Shown one piece after another: positions 26,951 through 36,256 of a stretch of DNA of 64,000 nt. The DNA is from a phage. The stretch lies in the sequence record PZ386955.1; one strand, written 5' to 3'. Below the pieces are notes generated by a model. The model searched no databases, was not told where the DNA came from, and saw only the letters and a program-made list of their open reading frames with translations. Each line of letters opens with the position of its first letter. Position 1 is the stretch's first letter. Position numbers and translations under genes: made by a program.

Positions 26951-27310
26951 ATGTGTGTTCCTATTAGCAGTCCACTGCTGTTAGAATTTTACAAAGCATG
27001 GATGGAAGATCATTCCTCAATGCATCGTGAGAATGTTGGTTTGTGTATTTGCCTTATGGATTATCTGGCAACCACTATGTCAAAGAAAAAACCTACGCAA
27101 GAAGATATAGAACATTTCAAGATGGTTCGCAGTAAAACGCTAGAAGAGATGAAATTGCAATTCACGTGTGCTGGGCTATCATCATTCCTGCCCTTTAATG
27201 ATGACCTTCTGTGTTATGAAGATGAAGGTAAGAAACATTCTTGCCATACTAACCCAGGGAGATTGCAGTGGGTGAAAGATCGTATTGCCGATTCATGTAA
27301 GGGTGTGTAG
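26951..27310 (+). CDS. hypothetical protein, paralog family A member 1
   Basis: Trimmed to ATG after RBS AAGGAG; shares LxFY, GLCxCL, FTCAGL..LPFN, CHTN..RLQWVKDRI with three paralogs. Confidence 0.6.
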   Translation: MCVPISSPLLLEFYKAWMEDHSSMHRENVGLCICLMDYLATTMSKKKPTQEDIEHFKMVRSKTLEEMKLQFTCAGLSSFLPFNDDLLCYEDEGKKHSCHTNPGRLQWVKDRIADSCKGV

Positions 27311-27311
27311 A

Positions 27312-27467
27312 ATGTGGGAATTGGTTGGAATAGTTTGGTTAATGATAAAAGCAGGTTTTGTCGGTTTCGGACTTCTTATAATTTTGTGTATGTTCCTTAG
27401 TGCAATACAGGCATTCTTTTATCTGCTAGGTAGAATACTTAAGTTAGGAGGTGATCATGAAAAGTAA
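27312..27467 (+). CDS. small membrane protein (51 aa)
   Basis: Trimmed from track ORF 27285..27467 to ATG (MWELVG); hydrophobic. Confidence 0.4.
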   Translation: MWELVGIVWLMIKAGFVGFGLLIILCMFLSAIQAFFYLLGRILKLGGDHEK

Positions 27468-27825
27468 TATTCCGTTGAGTAGTGCAGCTTTAATACGATT
27501 CTATAAAGCATGGATTGCCAACCATCCGGCAATGAATCGCACAACGAGTGGCTTGTGTGGTTGTCTGGTAGATTATGTAGATGATTTTGTTGGTGAGGTA
27601 ACTAGAGAAGAAGATAAAAGATGGCGTGATCGTTTGTTGGATAGTTTGAAATACGAAATGAGGAAACAATTTACATGTGCAGGACTGGACTACAATCTTC
27701 CGTTCAATGCAGATTGCATGGATTACCTTTCAGAGTGTATAGACTTGGCGTGTCATACCAACACGTTACGTCTTCAATGGGTGAAAGACAGAATCGAAGA
27801 TGCAAATAATGCTTGCATTGAATAG
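27457..27825 (+). CDS. hypothetical protein, paralog family A member 2
   Basis: RBS AGGAGGTG; motifs FYKAW, GLCGCL, FTCAGL..LPFN, CHTN..RLQWVKDRI. Confidence 0.6.
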   Translation: MKSNIPLSSAALIRFYKAWIANHPAMNRTTSGLCGCLVDYVDDFVGEVTREEDKRWRDRLLDSLKYEMRKQFTCAGLDYNLPFNADCMDYLSECIDLACHTNTLRLQWVKDRIEDANNACIE

Positions 27826-27895
27826 AAATGTCTGTACACTGTGTTCCATAAGATATGCAATATCGCGCATAACAAACTACTAATGAGAGGTGTAA

Positions 27896-28354
27896 ATGAA
27901 AACTGTATCTTTGTATCTTGCTAACACGGAGCGTGTACATAATCTTGTAAAAGAATGCGGTGTGAGTGTTCAATTTAACATAGGAAAGCCTTCCGTGGTG
28001 ACAGGCAGTGAGATGTGTGTTATTGATTTCCTCAATGAATATTTTCGTGGAAAACCTATTGCTCGTCACTTCATTCAAGAAATGCGAGATGTACTACAGG
28101 CTTATGAATTCTACCCAGAAATTTGTGAACGCTATGAAACTATTCTTAGTTCTGTAGAAGATCCAGATACTAGTGAAACAGGTGTTTCCCACTTACTGTG
28201 GATGTTGAATGAAATTCAGGATGGGTGTAATGGTATGTCTGAAACCAAACGCCATCGTTGGCTAGGCTATATTCAGGGTGTTATGGTTATGAAAAACCTT
28301 ATTACCGTTGATGATGAACGTAATGCTACACGCCCCGTCTTTAATGGAGCATAA
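27896..28354 (+). CDS. hypothetical protein
   Basis: 152 aa, RBS GAGAGG. Confidence 0.55.
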   Translation: MKTVSLYLANTERVHNLVKECGVSVQFNIGKPSVVTGSEMCVIDFLNEYFRGKPIARHFIQEMRDVLQAYEFYPEICERYETILSSVEDPDTSETGVSHLLWMLNEIQDGCNGMSETKRHRWLGYIQGVMVMKNLITVDDERNATRPVFNGA

Positions 28355-28355
28355 C

Positions 28356-28571
28356 ATGAAAAGCATTCAGGTGTGTATTGAAAATAATTGTGGTTATCTG
28401 GGGTTGACACATGTTGCTTTCCCTCTTATGTTAGATGCTGATATCGCTTACAGCGGAGTTGCTTATGTGTCATTCAAGACAATGAGCCAAGTACCTGGCT
28501 GGAAGTGGGAAGTAGTTGATGTTGTTGAAGGAGAAGATTATGTTTTCCTTCCACACGAATATACTGTTTAA
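28356..28571 (+). CDS. hypothetical protein
   Basis: Trimmed from 28308 to ATG (MKSIQV) after RBS GGAGC. Confidence 0.5.
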   Translation: MKSIQVCIENNCGYLGLTHVAFPLMLDADIAYSGVAYVSFKTMSQVPGWKWEVVDVVEGEDYVFLPHEYTV

Positions 28572-28586
28572 AGAGAGGAAAAGAAG

Positions 28587-28763
28587 ATGGATAAACAAAC
28601 TACTGTGTACTTAGTAACAAAGAATACCCCAGGCTGGAGCCAATGCAGCACTGTACCTTACAAGATCTGTGCAACATTAGAACTAGCACAACGCGCAGAA
28701 GCAGAAGTGGATGCCATGCAATACAGCTATGGTGAAATCATTCCTTTTACTCTTGAACAATAA
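28587..28763 (+). CDS. hypothetical small protein (58 aa)
   Basis: Not in track; RBS AGAGGAAAAGAAG. Confidence 0.45.
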   Translation: MDKQTTVYLVTKNTPGWSQCSTVPYKICATLELAQRAEAEVDAMQYSYGEIIPFTLEQ

Positions 28764-28774
28764 GGATTTGTGTA

Positions 28775-29227
28775 ATGTTTGAAATTGGTAAAGTGTATCG
28801 TTTTAAAAACCCATCTTATATCCGTAAGTTTGCTAACATGTCTGAGTGCAATAGCAGGATTGCTTCTTTTTTAGGTGATTCCTATTTTCGTGTATTAGAT
28901 GTGGATGATTGGTATGGTGTCACTGCTTTGCAATCCTTAGCAGGAGAACAAGAAATTATCGCTCAAAATGAAGGAGACTTTCTTCAGTGTTACACGTTGC
29001 TTGCAAAAAGTGAGTTTGAGTATTTTGTAGAAGTCTTAGAGGAAGCACCAAAAAGTAAACACGAAGAGAAATACCTGCTTGTAGTGGATGGAGTTCCGAT
29101 CATGGAAACCATCTCCCGTGAGGAAGTTGAAAAAGAGGCGAAACGTTACAAGCTGGATCGTACACAGAGTGTAGTTGAAGTCTATTCTCTTGTTGGTGTT
29201 GCAGATATTAGTGTGAACATCGTATAA
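28775..29227 (+). CDS. hypothetical protein
   Basis: 150 aa ORF. Confidence 0.55.
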   Translation: MFEIGKVYRFKNPSYIRKFANMSECNSRIASFLGDSYFRVLDVDDWYGVTALQSLAGEQEIIAQNEGDFLQCYTLLAKSEFEYFVEVLEEAPKSKHEEKYLLVVDGVPIMETISREEVEKEAKRYKLDRTQSVVEVYSLVGVADISVNIV

Positions 29228-29230
29228 TAT

Positions 29231-29443
29231 ATGTGTAATGACAGATACATTCTTCGTGTATCTGATAAGTCTCCTATGTTTGACTGGCGGGGCTGGTGGC
29301 TACTAGCTCCGATGCAAGGTCTGACAGACGTGGAAAAGGAGGCTTATGTGTATACAAAAGAAGAGATAGAAGATAGCCTTTATTTGACAGATAACATTAA
29401 GAATGGTATCTTTGAGTGTAAATTGAAAGGAGAGGAAGAATGA
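29231..29443 (+). CDS. hypothetical protein
   Basis: 70 aa ORF. Confidence 0.5.
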   Translation: MCNDRYILRVSDKSPMFDWRGWWLLAPMQGLTDVEKEAYVYTKEEIEDSLYLTDNIKNGIFECKLKGEEE

Positions 29444-29739
29444 CTATTACAGAAAAACTGCGCTGTATTGCAAAGCAAAGTGGAGAAGGTTTATGGTTTC
29501 CTATTGAGGAAATTATTCAGGACTGTTATGATCAGGCTAAGACTGGCAAATACTCCAAAGCATTTAAACCATCTGTTTTCGGTTTGGATGACTATCCAAA
29601 AAATGAACAAGCAAAGAAACGACAAGTTGATTTGATTGATCTTGCTATGGAAGCACTACGAGAGCATGGGCTTAGTAAGGTGTATGCTTTAAACACCAAA
29701 GAGGGCTTTGTAGATTCAGTGATCGTAGACTGGTATTAA
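29440..29739 (+). CDS. hypothetical protein
   Basis: 99 aa, ATGA overlap, RBS GGAGAGGAAG. Confidence 0.55.
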   Translation: MTITEKLRCIAKQSGEGLWFPIEEIIQDCYDQAKTGKYSKAFKPSVFGLDDYPKNEQAKKRQVDLIDLAMEALREHGLSKVYALNTKEGFVDSVIVDWY

Positions 29740-29748
29740 GGAGAAGTC

Positions 29749-30117
29749 ATGCAAGAGAATAATAAAGTGTGTAACATGAAAAGCAGCCCCTATTTGCTAC
29801 AATTTTATGAATGGTGGTTAGAACAAGAAGATACAAACTTTAGCAAAAAGCACTATGGTCTTTGCACGTGTCTTGTAGACTTCTTATACAATATTGCTTG
29901 GATAAAAGATGTTGAGAATCTAGCAAACCTTCAGTCCTCTGTACGAGAGGAAATGAAGGAACAATTTAAGAAAGCGGGTTTGAACCATTTACATCCGTTT
30001 AATACGGATTTCTCGCACTACTTTACGGAAACAGAGCTAGGCATTGCACACCTTAACAAAGAACGTGTACAATGGGTGATTGATCGTATTCGTGATATGG
30101 AGGAATATAATGGTTAA
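29749..30117 (+). CDS. hypothetical protein, paralog family A member 3
   Basis: RBS AGGAGAAG; motifs LQFYEWW, GLCTCL, AGLNHLHPFN, RVQWVIDRI. Confidence 0.6.
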   Translation: MQENNKVCNMKSSPYLLQFYEWWLEQEDTNFSKKHYGLCTCLVDFLYNIAWIKDVENLANLQSSVREEMKEQFKKAGLNHLHPFNTDFSHYFTETELGIAHLNKERVQWVIDRIRDMEEYNG

Positions 30118-30319
30118 GTTTAAAACTTTCTGTGCAATCTCTGTTTGTCTTATTCTTGCATACGTGTTATTCTCTGGTATCATTCGTTTAGGTGAGTATA
30201 TGGCAAGAGAAGCTCGTGAAAGTGAAGCTAAAAAAGAACAGTGCATCGTGTTAAAGCACCAAAGGGATGCTGAAAAATTTCTTGAACAGGATTGTGGGCG
30301 CTATGTGAATTATAATTAG
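30110..30319 (+). CDS. membrane-anchored protein, paralog family B member 1
   Basis: Trimmed to ATG after RBS GGAGGAA; N-terminal TM segment; C-terminus KEQCIVLKHQRDAEKFLEQDC resembles 35108..35332. Confidence 0.5.
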   Translation: MVKFKTFCAISVCLILAYVLFSGIIRLGEYMAREARESEAKKEQCIVLKHQRDAEKFLEQDCGRYVNYN

Positions 30320-30328
30320 GAGGGAAGT

Positions 30329-30577
30329 ATGTTAGATATTTTTACCTTTGATCGTGTTGGTACACCGATTACCGAAGAAGAACGTACCAAAATTGAACAA
30401 GAATTGGATGCTTTACGTGCGTCTCTTACAGACACAGTCTCACTACAACGTGAAGCTGCACATCTCACAGAGATCACTGGTATTCAGTGGAGCACGGAGT
30501 GGGTTGTAATTACAATTGAAGCGGATATTTGGGGACATGAAGAGACGCTACGTACCGGAGTAGTAACGGTTTGGTGA
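30329..30577 (+). CDS. hypothetical protein
   Basis: 82 aa, RBS TAGGAGGGAAG. Confidence 0.55.
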   Translation: MLDIFTFDRVGTPITEEERTKIEQELDALRASLTDTVSLQREAAHLTEITGIQWSTEWVVITIEADIWGHEETLRTGVVTVW

Positions 30578-30623
30578 TAGATGTTATTCTTTTGTGTTTC
30601 TTGATATATAAATAGGAGGGTTT

Positions 30624-30848
30624 ATGGTAAAACGTCTGGAATGGGATGCGTGTACTGCTCACGCTTGTCACTGTGATATTGTTGAAGATCCTAATGGAGA
30701 GATGGTGTATTATGAGGATTACGAAGCATTGCACAATGCTGTGATTGCTTTACTGGATGATATTAGCTCACGCTATCCAGGACAACAATTCACGTGTCCA
30801 CATATCCAACTATTAGCCGAACTTACGGAGTATCCAAGTGTTCCATAA
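30624..30848 (+). CDS. hypothetical protein
   Basis: 74 aa, RBS AATAGGAGGG. Confidence 0.55.
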   Translation: MVKRLEWDACTAHACHCDIVEDPNGEMVYYEDYEALHNAVIALLDDISSRYPGQQFTCPHIQLLAELTEYPSVP

Positions 30849-30849
30849 T

Positions 30850-31017
30850 ATGGGTGTCCCTGAACAACTGCTCTTTATTGTAGGATTAGTAGGCTTATTG
30901 GCGGCTGGCGCTAAAGCCGCTTCTCACACGCATCACATAATGTTAAGATTTCTATTCCTACTCCCTTCTATCCTCGTACTATTAGTCATACTGATCGATA
31001 ACATTTTTCACAATTAA
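30850..31017 (+). CDS. small membrane protein (55 aa)
   Basis: Not in track; hydrophobic; fills gap between track ORFs. Confidence 0.35.
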   Translation: MGVPEQLLFIVGLVGLLAAGAKAASHTHHIMLRFLFLLPSILVLLVILIDNIFHN

Positions 31018-31026
31018 GGAGAGGTT

Positions 31027-31611
31027 ATGAGTAAAATTATACCAAGCAGTTATGAATTATTACAGTTTTATGTATATTATATAGACTGGGTTAGTAGATT
31101 GAATGTTAAAGACAATGCGATGTTTAGTAAAAACATCTGTTTAACAGAAAGTATCTTCCGTTACTGGCACACAGGTAGAAAGTGTACACACAGTGAAGCT
31201 ATGCGCATTGTAGGAGAATATCTGGAGCAATTGCAAAAAGCAGAACTTCCTGTCCTTCACCCATTCAACGAATCTAAAGAAGAATTAGAACAAGAATGTA
31301 GGGAAGGTAAGTGCCATTTGAATGAAAAACGTATCGAATGGGTGAGGCAACGTTTAGCCGATGCAGGGAATCCTCCTAGTGACTCTGACTATACGTGGTA
31401 TGATGTAGAGGGTTTAGTTCAAGGTTTTGAGGCTTGTGCTATAGGTAATACCAACTTTGCCAAAGTTTTATGCGAGGTTTATGATCTGGCAGATAAAATC
31501 CGAAATCACGGATGGAAACAAGAGCATAAAGAATCATATGAACGCCTTGACAAGATTTTCAAACAGATCTATTCTAACCACAAAGAGATGTTCCAAATGG
31601 AGGATGTGTAA
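31027..31611 (+). CDS. hypothetical protein, paralog family A member 4 (extended C-terminus)
   Basis: RBS AAGGAGAGG; motifs LLQFY, LPVLHPFN, CHLNEKRIEWVRQRL. Confidence 0.55.
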   Translation: MSKIIPSSYELLQFYVYYIDWVSRLNVKDNAMFSKNICLTESIFRYWHTGRKCTHSEAMRIVGEYLEQLQKAELPVLHPFNESKEELEQECREGKCHLNEKRIEWVRQRLADAGNPPSDSDYTWYDVEGLVQGFEACAIGNTNFAKVLCEVYDLADKIRNHGWKQEHKESYERLDKIFKQIYSNHKEMFQMEDV

Positions 31612-32297
31612 TGAAAGAGATTATGTTTGAAGGGCATCGTTACGAAGTTCCAGACAATGCAAATTTCATGGCTCGTGATATCACTGGAGATGTGTTCTGG
31701 TTTGAAGATGAACCTGTGTTTTCTTCGAACAAACACTGGTTTTCACAACAATCTTCCTCGGAAAATATGACTTTTGGCTACGTAGAGCCTAAAGTGCGCT
31801 GCAAAGCAGCTTCTTCTTTGGTAAAAATTTCCCAAGATGATCAAGAAAATACTCCAGATGTTGTTAGTGCACTACTGAAGTACATTGCAGAACTTGAGAA
31901 GAAAATTAAAGAAGCAGAAACTAAGGTGAAAGCACGATCAGCCATCATTGAAGCTATGTCTGAACGTATCTTAGAGCTAGAAGATTTGTGTGGAGAGGCT
32001 TATCAAGTGGTTGGTGCGCTGGCTTGTGAAGCACAAATGTTTGAAACTTCAGAACAAGTTTCACATATGTTAGATAATTTGAGTGAATGTAAAATGATTC
32101 ATGATGATGTATTGCCATTTTGTTGCAATGTTAACAAAACAGAGCAAACACAAGATTCAGAAACAGTTTATGTTCCGCTAATGTGTGTTCCAGATCATCT
32201 AAAAGGTGTATTCTCTTGTAAATGGTCGCTGTTGAGCGTTACTAATTGTGGTGAAAACTATTCTGCCAACATTGAATTGCTAAAACACGTTAAATAA
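31611..32297 (+). CDS. hypothetical protein
   Basis: 228 aa, start overlaps upstream stop. Confidence 0.55.
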   Translation: MKEIMFEGHRYEVPDNANFMARDITGDVFWFEDEPVFSSNKHWFSQQSSSENMTFGYVEPKVRCKAASSLVKISQDDQENTPDVVSALLKYIAELEKKIKEAETKVKARSAIIEAMSERILELEDLCGEAYQVVGALACEAQMFETSEQVSHMLDNLSECKMIHDDVLPFCCNVNKTEQTQDSETVYVPLMCVPDHLKGVFSCKWSLLSVTNCGENYSANIELLKHVK

Positions 32298-32307
32298 GGA
32301 GAGTAAT

Positions 32308-32712
32308 ATGTGGTCTGTTAAAATCAAATATAATGCGCAGTATTATGGTGGAAAGCCTTACGAAGTTGTTATTTGTGACTGTATCTCTAAAGAAGTTGCA
32401 CAGCTTTGTGGCGCTGGTGTTAGTGAAGCTATGAACAAAATGCATAACTCTACTGTGCGTTACTTGGATCAAGATATTCCAGAAGATGTAAATGACTATG
32501 CTTACGAAGTTATTTACAGTGAAGGTAAGAAGCTCTCTATTGAAGATGCACTTAAAGCACTACCTGCTATGTGCAGCCCAACACCAGAAGCAGTTAAAGA
32601 GATTTTACCAGAATCCAACCCCGATGAATATGCTGCTATGGTTGCTTCGGACATGTGGAATCTCTGTCGAGAAACTATGATTAAAAATCTGGTGGAAATG
32701 GCGCATGAGTAA
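32308..32712 (+). CDS. hypothetical protein
   Basis: 134 aa, RBS AAGGAGAG. Confidence 0.55.
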   Translation: MWSVKIKYNAQYYGGKPYEVVICDCISKEVAQLCGAGVSEAMNKMHNSTVRYLDQDIPEDVNDYAYEVIYSEGKKLSIEDALKALPAMCSPTPEAVKEILPESNPDEYAAMVASDMWNLCRETMIKNLVEMAHE

Positions 32713-32923
32713 AACGCACTTTATACATCCGTTTGATCCAAAGAACAAGGCGGTTATACACCGCCGTTGGACTGAAACGCGCATTACAAAATGTCCTGTG
32801 CCAGCAGCACAGGAATATAACAAAACATATAAAGCAGAATTTGTGGAGTACACCTTTGTAAATAACAAAGGGAAGGAGGTTTATGTTCCAGAATACTGCC
32901 TTTGGATAAAATGGGAGGAATAA
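32705..32923 (+). CDS. hypothetical protein
   Basis: 72 aa ORF. Confidence 0.5.
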   Translation: MSKTHFIHPFDPKNKAVIHRRWTETRITKCPVPAAQEYNKTYKAEFVEYTFVNNKGKEVYVPEYCLWIKWEE

Positions 32924-33090
32924 TGCAAACATTTTTTATCGACAAGTTCAATAAAAGTATGAACACGTGGATGGCAACATTCACTATGCAATTTGCGTCA
33001 TTTAAAGAAGCTCAAGAATGGTGCGATCAACACAAGGATTTTGATTTTTACTATCAAGTTAATGCAAATCTTTCTCCAGAGGAGAAATAA
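32923..33090 (+). CDS. hypothetical small protein
   Basis: Trimmed from 32902 to ATG in TAATG overlap after RBS GGGAGGAA. Confidence 0.45.
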   Translation: MQTFFIDKFNKSMNTWMATFTMQFASFKEAQEWCDQHKDFDFYYQVNANLSPEEK

Positions 33091-33091
33091 T

Positions 33092-33436
33092 ATGTTAGCT
33101 GATATTGAAATCCTTATGTACCGACAAGGTATGATCAAAATGTGGCTAGATTCTTTTAGCAACATCTACTGTACAGTGCGATCAGCAGACGAGCGTAAAA
33201 CGCTTATTTTATCTGCTATTGTTGATAAACAACGTTTCTTCAAAGAAATTTTGCAAACAGGCTTCTCCGATGCAGGAGTAGAGATTGCAACGCTTAGTCT
33301 TGGAGTGCTGTCTTACTTGGAATCCGTTGTTTTATATGTCTTCTCTTTAGAAGAACACTTGCAATTTGAAGCATTAAAACTTATCTTAGATGCTGCAATT
33401 GACATAGAACAAAATCGAATTGATTCTTTTGAATAA
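33092..33436 (+). CDS. hypothetical protein
   Basis: Trimmed from 32993 to ATG (MLADIE) after RBS AGAGGAGAAA. Confidence 0.5.
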   Translation: MLADIEILMYRQGMIKMWLDSFSNIYCTVRSADERKTLILSAIVDKQRFFKEILQTGFSDAGVEIATLSLGVLSYLESVVLYVFSLEEHLQFEALKLILDAAIDIEQNRIDSFE

Positions 33437-33452
33437 AAATAAGGAGGAAACT

Positions 33453-33911
33453 ATGCAAGAGGTTAAACATTATCCACATGGTCGTAGTTTTGTAGCTGTA
33501 TGGCATGTTCCTGCTCGTAATGAACTATTTTGCGCATCTTTTCATTACAAAGATGGACAATATTTCACCTATGACGAGACGATGGATGATTTTATCCCAG
33601 AGTGCGATCATGGGTATACACCAATGTTCTTTAAACGTATGAAAGCTCGTTTCTTCGTTACAGATGTTGATGGTGAACCTACTTGGCACATCGAAGAAGA
33701 TTGGCAAGATTCTGTGGATATTAAAGAAGCCCCAGAATGGGCTACATTACTGGTACACGTCAAAACCCCTACTCTTGACGTTATGGCGTGGGTTAATCAT
33801 GATGATACCCATTACCAATACATAAATGGTAGCACAGAGATTTCTGGTGAGATTATTGGTCGTTGGAAGCCTACGAATCAGGTTGCTATTGTCGGGTATA
33901 AGACAGTATAA
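33453..33911 (+). CDS. hypothetical protein
   Basis: Trimmed from 33420 (TTG) to ATG (MQEVKH) after RBS AAGGAGGAAA. Confidence 0.55.
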   Translation: MQEVKHYPHGRSFVAVWHVPARNELFCASFHYKDGQYFTYDETMDDFIPECDHGYTPMFFKRMKARFFVTDVDGEPTWHIEEDWQDSVDIKEAPEWATLLVHVKTPTLDVMAWVNHDDTHYQYINGSTEISGEIIGRWKPTNQVAIVGYKTV

Positions 33912-33912
33912 T

Positions 33913-34107
33913 ATGAAAAATAGTGTAGATTGGGATGATTTATCCGATTTTGAAAAATGGTTCTTAGGTAGTGGTTGTTATGCAGACGGGGATCTCGAAA
34001 GAGATCCTTCTGGAAACTACACTATGCCATTAACCCAAGGTTTTTATGAGTGCTGGTGCGCAGCACAAAACAACGTACTGAATAAGGAGACAACACAATG
34101 CAATTAA
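33913..34107 (+). CDS. hypothetical small protein
   Basis: Track ORF 33826..34107 overlaps upstream gene; trimmed to ATG (MKNSVD). Confidence 0.45.
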   Translation: MKNSVDWDDLSDFEKWFLGSGCYADGDLERDPSGNYTMPLTQGFYECWCAAQNNVLNKETTQCN

Positions 34108-34337
34108 ACATCGGACAACCAATTTTTGATGCAGATACTGGTCAATATGCAGTGATTGTTGCTCGTATGAGCGGTGATGACCTTATTGTTTCAGAACTAC
34201 TCGGATCAGATCCGCAACTCCGCGTAGTATGTGACCTATATCTTCGAGACGAAAGTGATCGCATTGCACTGAAAGAAGATGGTATGCTCTACTACACCTG
34301 GACTAGAGATCCTGGGGTAACGGAGGTAGAGGTATAA
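34098..34337 (+). CDS. hypothetical protein
   Basis: 79 aa, RBS AAGGAGA. Confidence 0.55.
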   Translation: MQLNIGQPIFDADTGQYAVIVARMSGDDLIVSELLGSDPQLRVVCDLYLRDESDRIALKEDGMLYYTWTRDPGVTEVEV

Positions 34338-34636
34338 TGGTAAGGAATAGGGGTTTACATAAAAGAAGACACCTTACTTACTGGCATCGTAAAGTACATG
34401 AACCTGTATCAAAGAAAGAATGGCAATATCTGCCTTATGGGAAGGAGCGAAGAAAGTATCTGTTAGCTCATTTAAGGGTACATGGTTCTCTTCCTGTTAA
34501 CAGTAAGTGGCAATTGCAAACAGCTTATGACGAAGATATGAAATATCTGTTAAAGAGAGGCATTATTTGCCTTGTTAAGATAGGGCGATGGAAATCTCGT
34601 CAATCTTATATCGTACTTAAACAGGAGAAACCATGA
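34337..34636 (+). CDS. hypothetical basic protein
   Basis: 99 aa, Lys/Arg-rich. Confidence 0.5.
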   Translation: MVRNRGLHKRRHLTYWHRKVHEPVSKKEWQYLPYGKERRKYLLAHLRVHGSLPVNSKWQLQTAYDEDMKYLLKRGIICLVKIGRWKSRQSYIVLKQEKP

Positions 34637-34884
34637 ATATCAAAGATGTTGTAGCATATGTAGAAGATGAAGTTAAAAACCATACAAGTTTACTGAAAGT
34701 AATGGTTGTGGTTAAAAATGGCATTGGACAAGTAAACGTACAACATGTCTTATCTGATACTGTATATAATGTGTTTGAATGTAAAGACACACCTCATGGA
34801 GTACGTGTGGTGTATATTGATAACAATTTCAAAGAGTGTGTGAGACATACCTTAGAAAATGAGCTAAGGATCACAATCTTATGA
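34633..34884 (+). CDS. hypothetical protein
   Basis: 83 aa, ATGA overlap. Confidence 0.5.
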   Translation: MNIKDVVAYVEDEVKNHTSLLKVMVVVKNGIGQVNVQHVLSDTVYNVFECKDTPHGVRVVYIDNNFKECVRHTLENELRITIL

Positions 34885-35054
34885 GTTATTATGTTGTACC
34901 CTATGCCAATAAGTGGAGAGTAAGAGAAACTTGTTTTCTATTCTCCTGGTGGGCTACGTTCGGAGATGGTTGTGGAAATGATACAGGGAAGCCTGTAGAG
35001 TACGACACAAAAGAAGAATGTGAACAGTGGATAAAATTAACACAAAGATGTTGA
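34881..35054 (+). CDS. hypothetical small protein (57 aa)
   Basis: Not in track; ATGA-coupled to upstream gene. Confidence 0.4.
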   Translation: MSYYVVPYANKWRVRETCFLFSWWATFGDGCGNDTGKPVEYDTKEECEQWIKLTQRC

Positions 35055-35080
35055 CACGATCTTAACTTCTTGTTAGTATC
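35051..35080 (+). promoter_or_regulatory. sigma70-like promoter with short inverted repeat
   Basis: TTGACA-N17-TAGTAT then TTAGTA...TACTAA, upstream of 35108. Confidence 0.5.
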
Positions 35081-35107
35081 AATGTGTACTAACGATAAGG
35101 AGGGTTT

Positions 35108-35332
35108 ATGAAGTCTGTAAACAAGTTGCAACAATTTTTGTTATCAACAGCAATCTTTTTGCTTTTGTTAATTGGTATTCTGTATGGTGCATCTAACTTA
35201 TACAATCTACATAATGATGTAGAACAGAATAAAGAGAAGTGCATCATTCTAAAACACAAGAAACAAGCAGAAGATTTCTTAAAGAATAAGTGTTACAACT
35301 ACATTGATTATGAGGAGACAAACAATGATTAA
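35108..35332 (+). CDS. membrane-anchored protein, paralog family B member 2
   Basis: RBS AAGGAGGG; TM segment; C-terminus KEKCIILKHKKQAEDFLKNKC. Confidence 0.55.
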   Translation: MKSVNKLQQFLLSTAIFLLLLIGILYGASNLYNLHNDVEQNKEKCIILKHKKQAEDFLKNKCYNYIDYEETNND

Positions 35333-35567
35333 AGAATTAGGTATGCGAGTATACAGTGAGTGGACTCCAAGCAATGGCCCAGGAGTTGTTGCAGCTAAAT
35401 GTATCAATGGTCGTATTGAGTACCTGGAAGGGTATGAAGATAATGAAGAGTTAGTAGATTATGCTAAATCTTTTATTGAAGATGATACAGACTTTATTGT
35501 ATTATATGATACAGGAGAGTTAGAGTATGGATATGATGGAGATGGGGATATCTTTGAACTTCAATAA
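35325..35567 (+). CDS. hypothetical acidic protein
   Basis: Trimmed from 35304 to ATG after RBS GAGGAG. Confidence 0.5.
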   Translation: MIKELGMRVYSEWTPSNGPGVVAAKCINGRIEYLEGYEDNEELVDYAKSFIEDDTDFIVLYDTGELEYGYDGDGDIFELQ

Positions 35568-35661
35568 GAGTAGTAAGTAAGGTATAAAGAGTATATAGTT
35601 AGTTATAGAGTTAGTAACATTACATATACTCTTTCCATGTATAACATGGAATATTCTCTAC

Positions 35662-35719
35662 CTCGCTATCGCTCGGTATATAAGATTAGGGTAGCATGTT
35701 TTTTACGAAAAGTAAAACT
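35662..35719. repeat. conserved ~60-bp intergenic element, copy B
   Basis: CTCGCTATCGCTCGG ... TTAGGGTAGCATGTTTTT ... GAAAAGTAAAACT; matches 7499-7559. Confidence 0.5.
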
Positions 35720-35774
35720 GTTTATACCGATTGATAGCAGGTTTTTAATAGATTCTATCTATGAGGAGTAGAAA

Positions 35775-35993
35775 GTGTACAAATTATATAAAGGAAAAGA
35801 TAAGTTTACGGGTAATACATCTGGTTTCTATGTAACACCACGTGGTGTTGCTGTGTTCGATTGGATCTCTGGTACGCCAGATCGTGAAATGATCTCTCTT
35901 GTAAAACTGTCAGAACAAGATTATACTTACGGTGACATTACAACATTCTATTCTCGTGCAGAAAATCCAAAACTGATTGCGGAGTGGGAATAA
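35775..35993 (+). CDS. hypothetical protein
   Basis: 72 aa, GTG start after RBS GAGGAG. Confidence 0.5.
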   Translation: MYKLYKGKDKFTGNTSGFYVTPRGVAVFDWISGTPDREMISLVKLSEQDYTYGDITTFYSRAENPKLIAEWE

Positions 35994-36256
35994 TGGTTAC
36001 ACGATATGATTTAGAGGTGTACAGCCAAGGTGCTGCTGGTCAATGTGATATTGTACCAGATCCAGAAGGGGATTATGTTCTTCTTGCTGATTACAATAAG
36101 CTAGAAGAAAGACTTCTGGCTGTGTATGCTAAAGAGAACAAAACAATCTGTCCTTATTGCAGTGGAATGGGTTGGGTTGTTGCAGATGTTGGACAAATGT
36201 ATGAATGTGTACCTTGTAAAACCACAGGATTTATTGAAAAGGATACTAACAAATGA
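35993..36256 (+). CDS. hypothetical Cys-containing protein
   Basis: Trimmed from 35984 to ATG in TAATG overlap; CPYCSG...CVPC motif. Confidence 0.5.
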   Translation: MVTRYDLEVYSQGAAGQCDIVPDPEGDYVLLADYNKLEERLLAVYAKENKTICPYCSGMGWVVADVGQMYECVPCKTTGFIEKDTNK

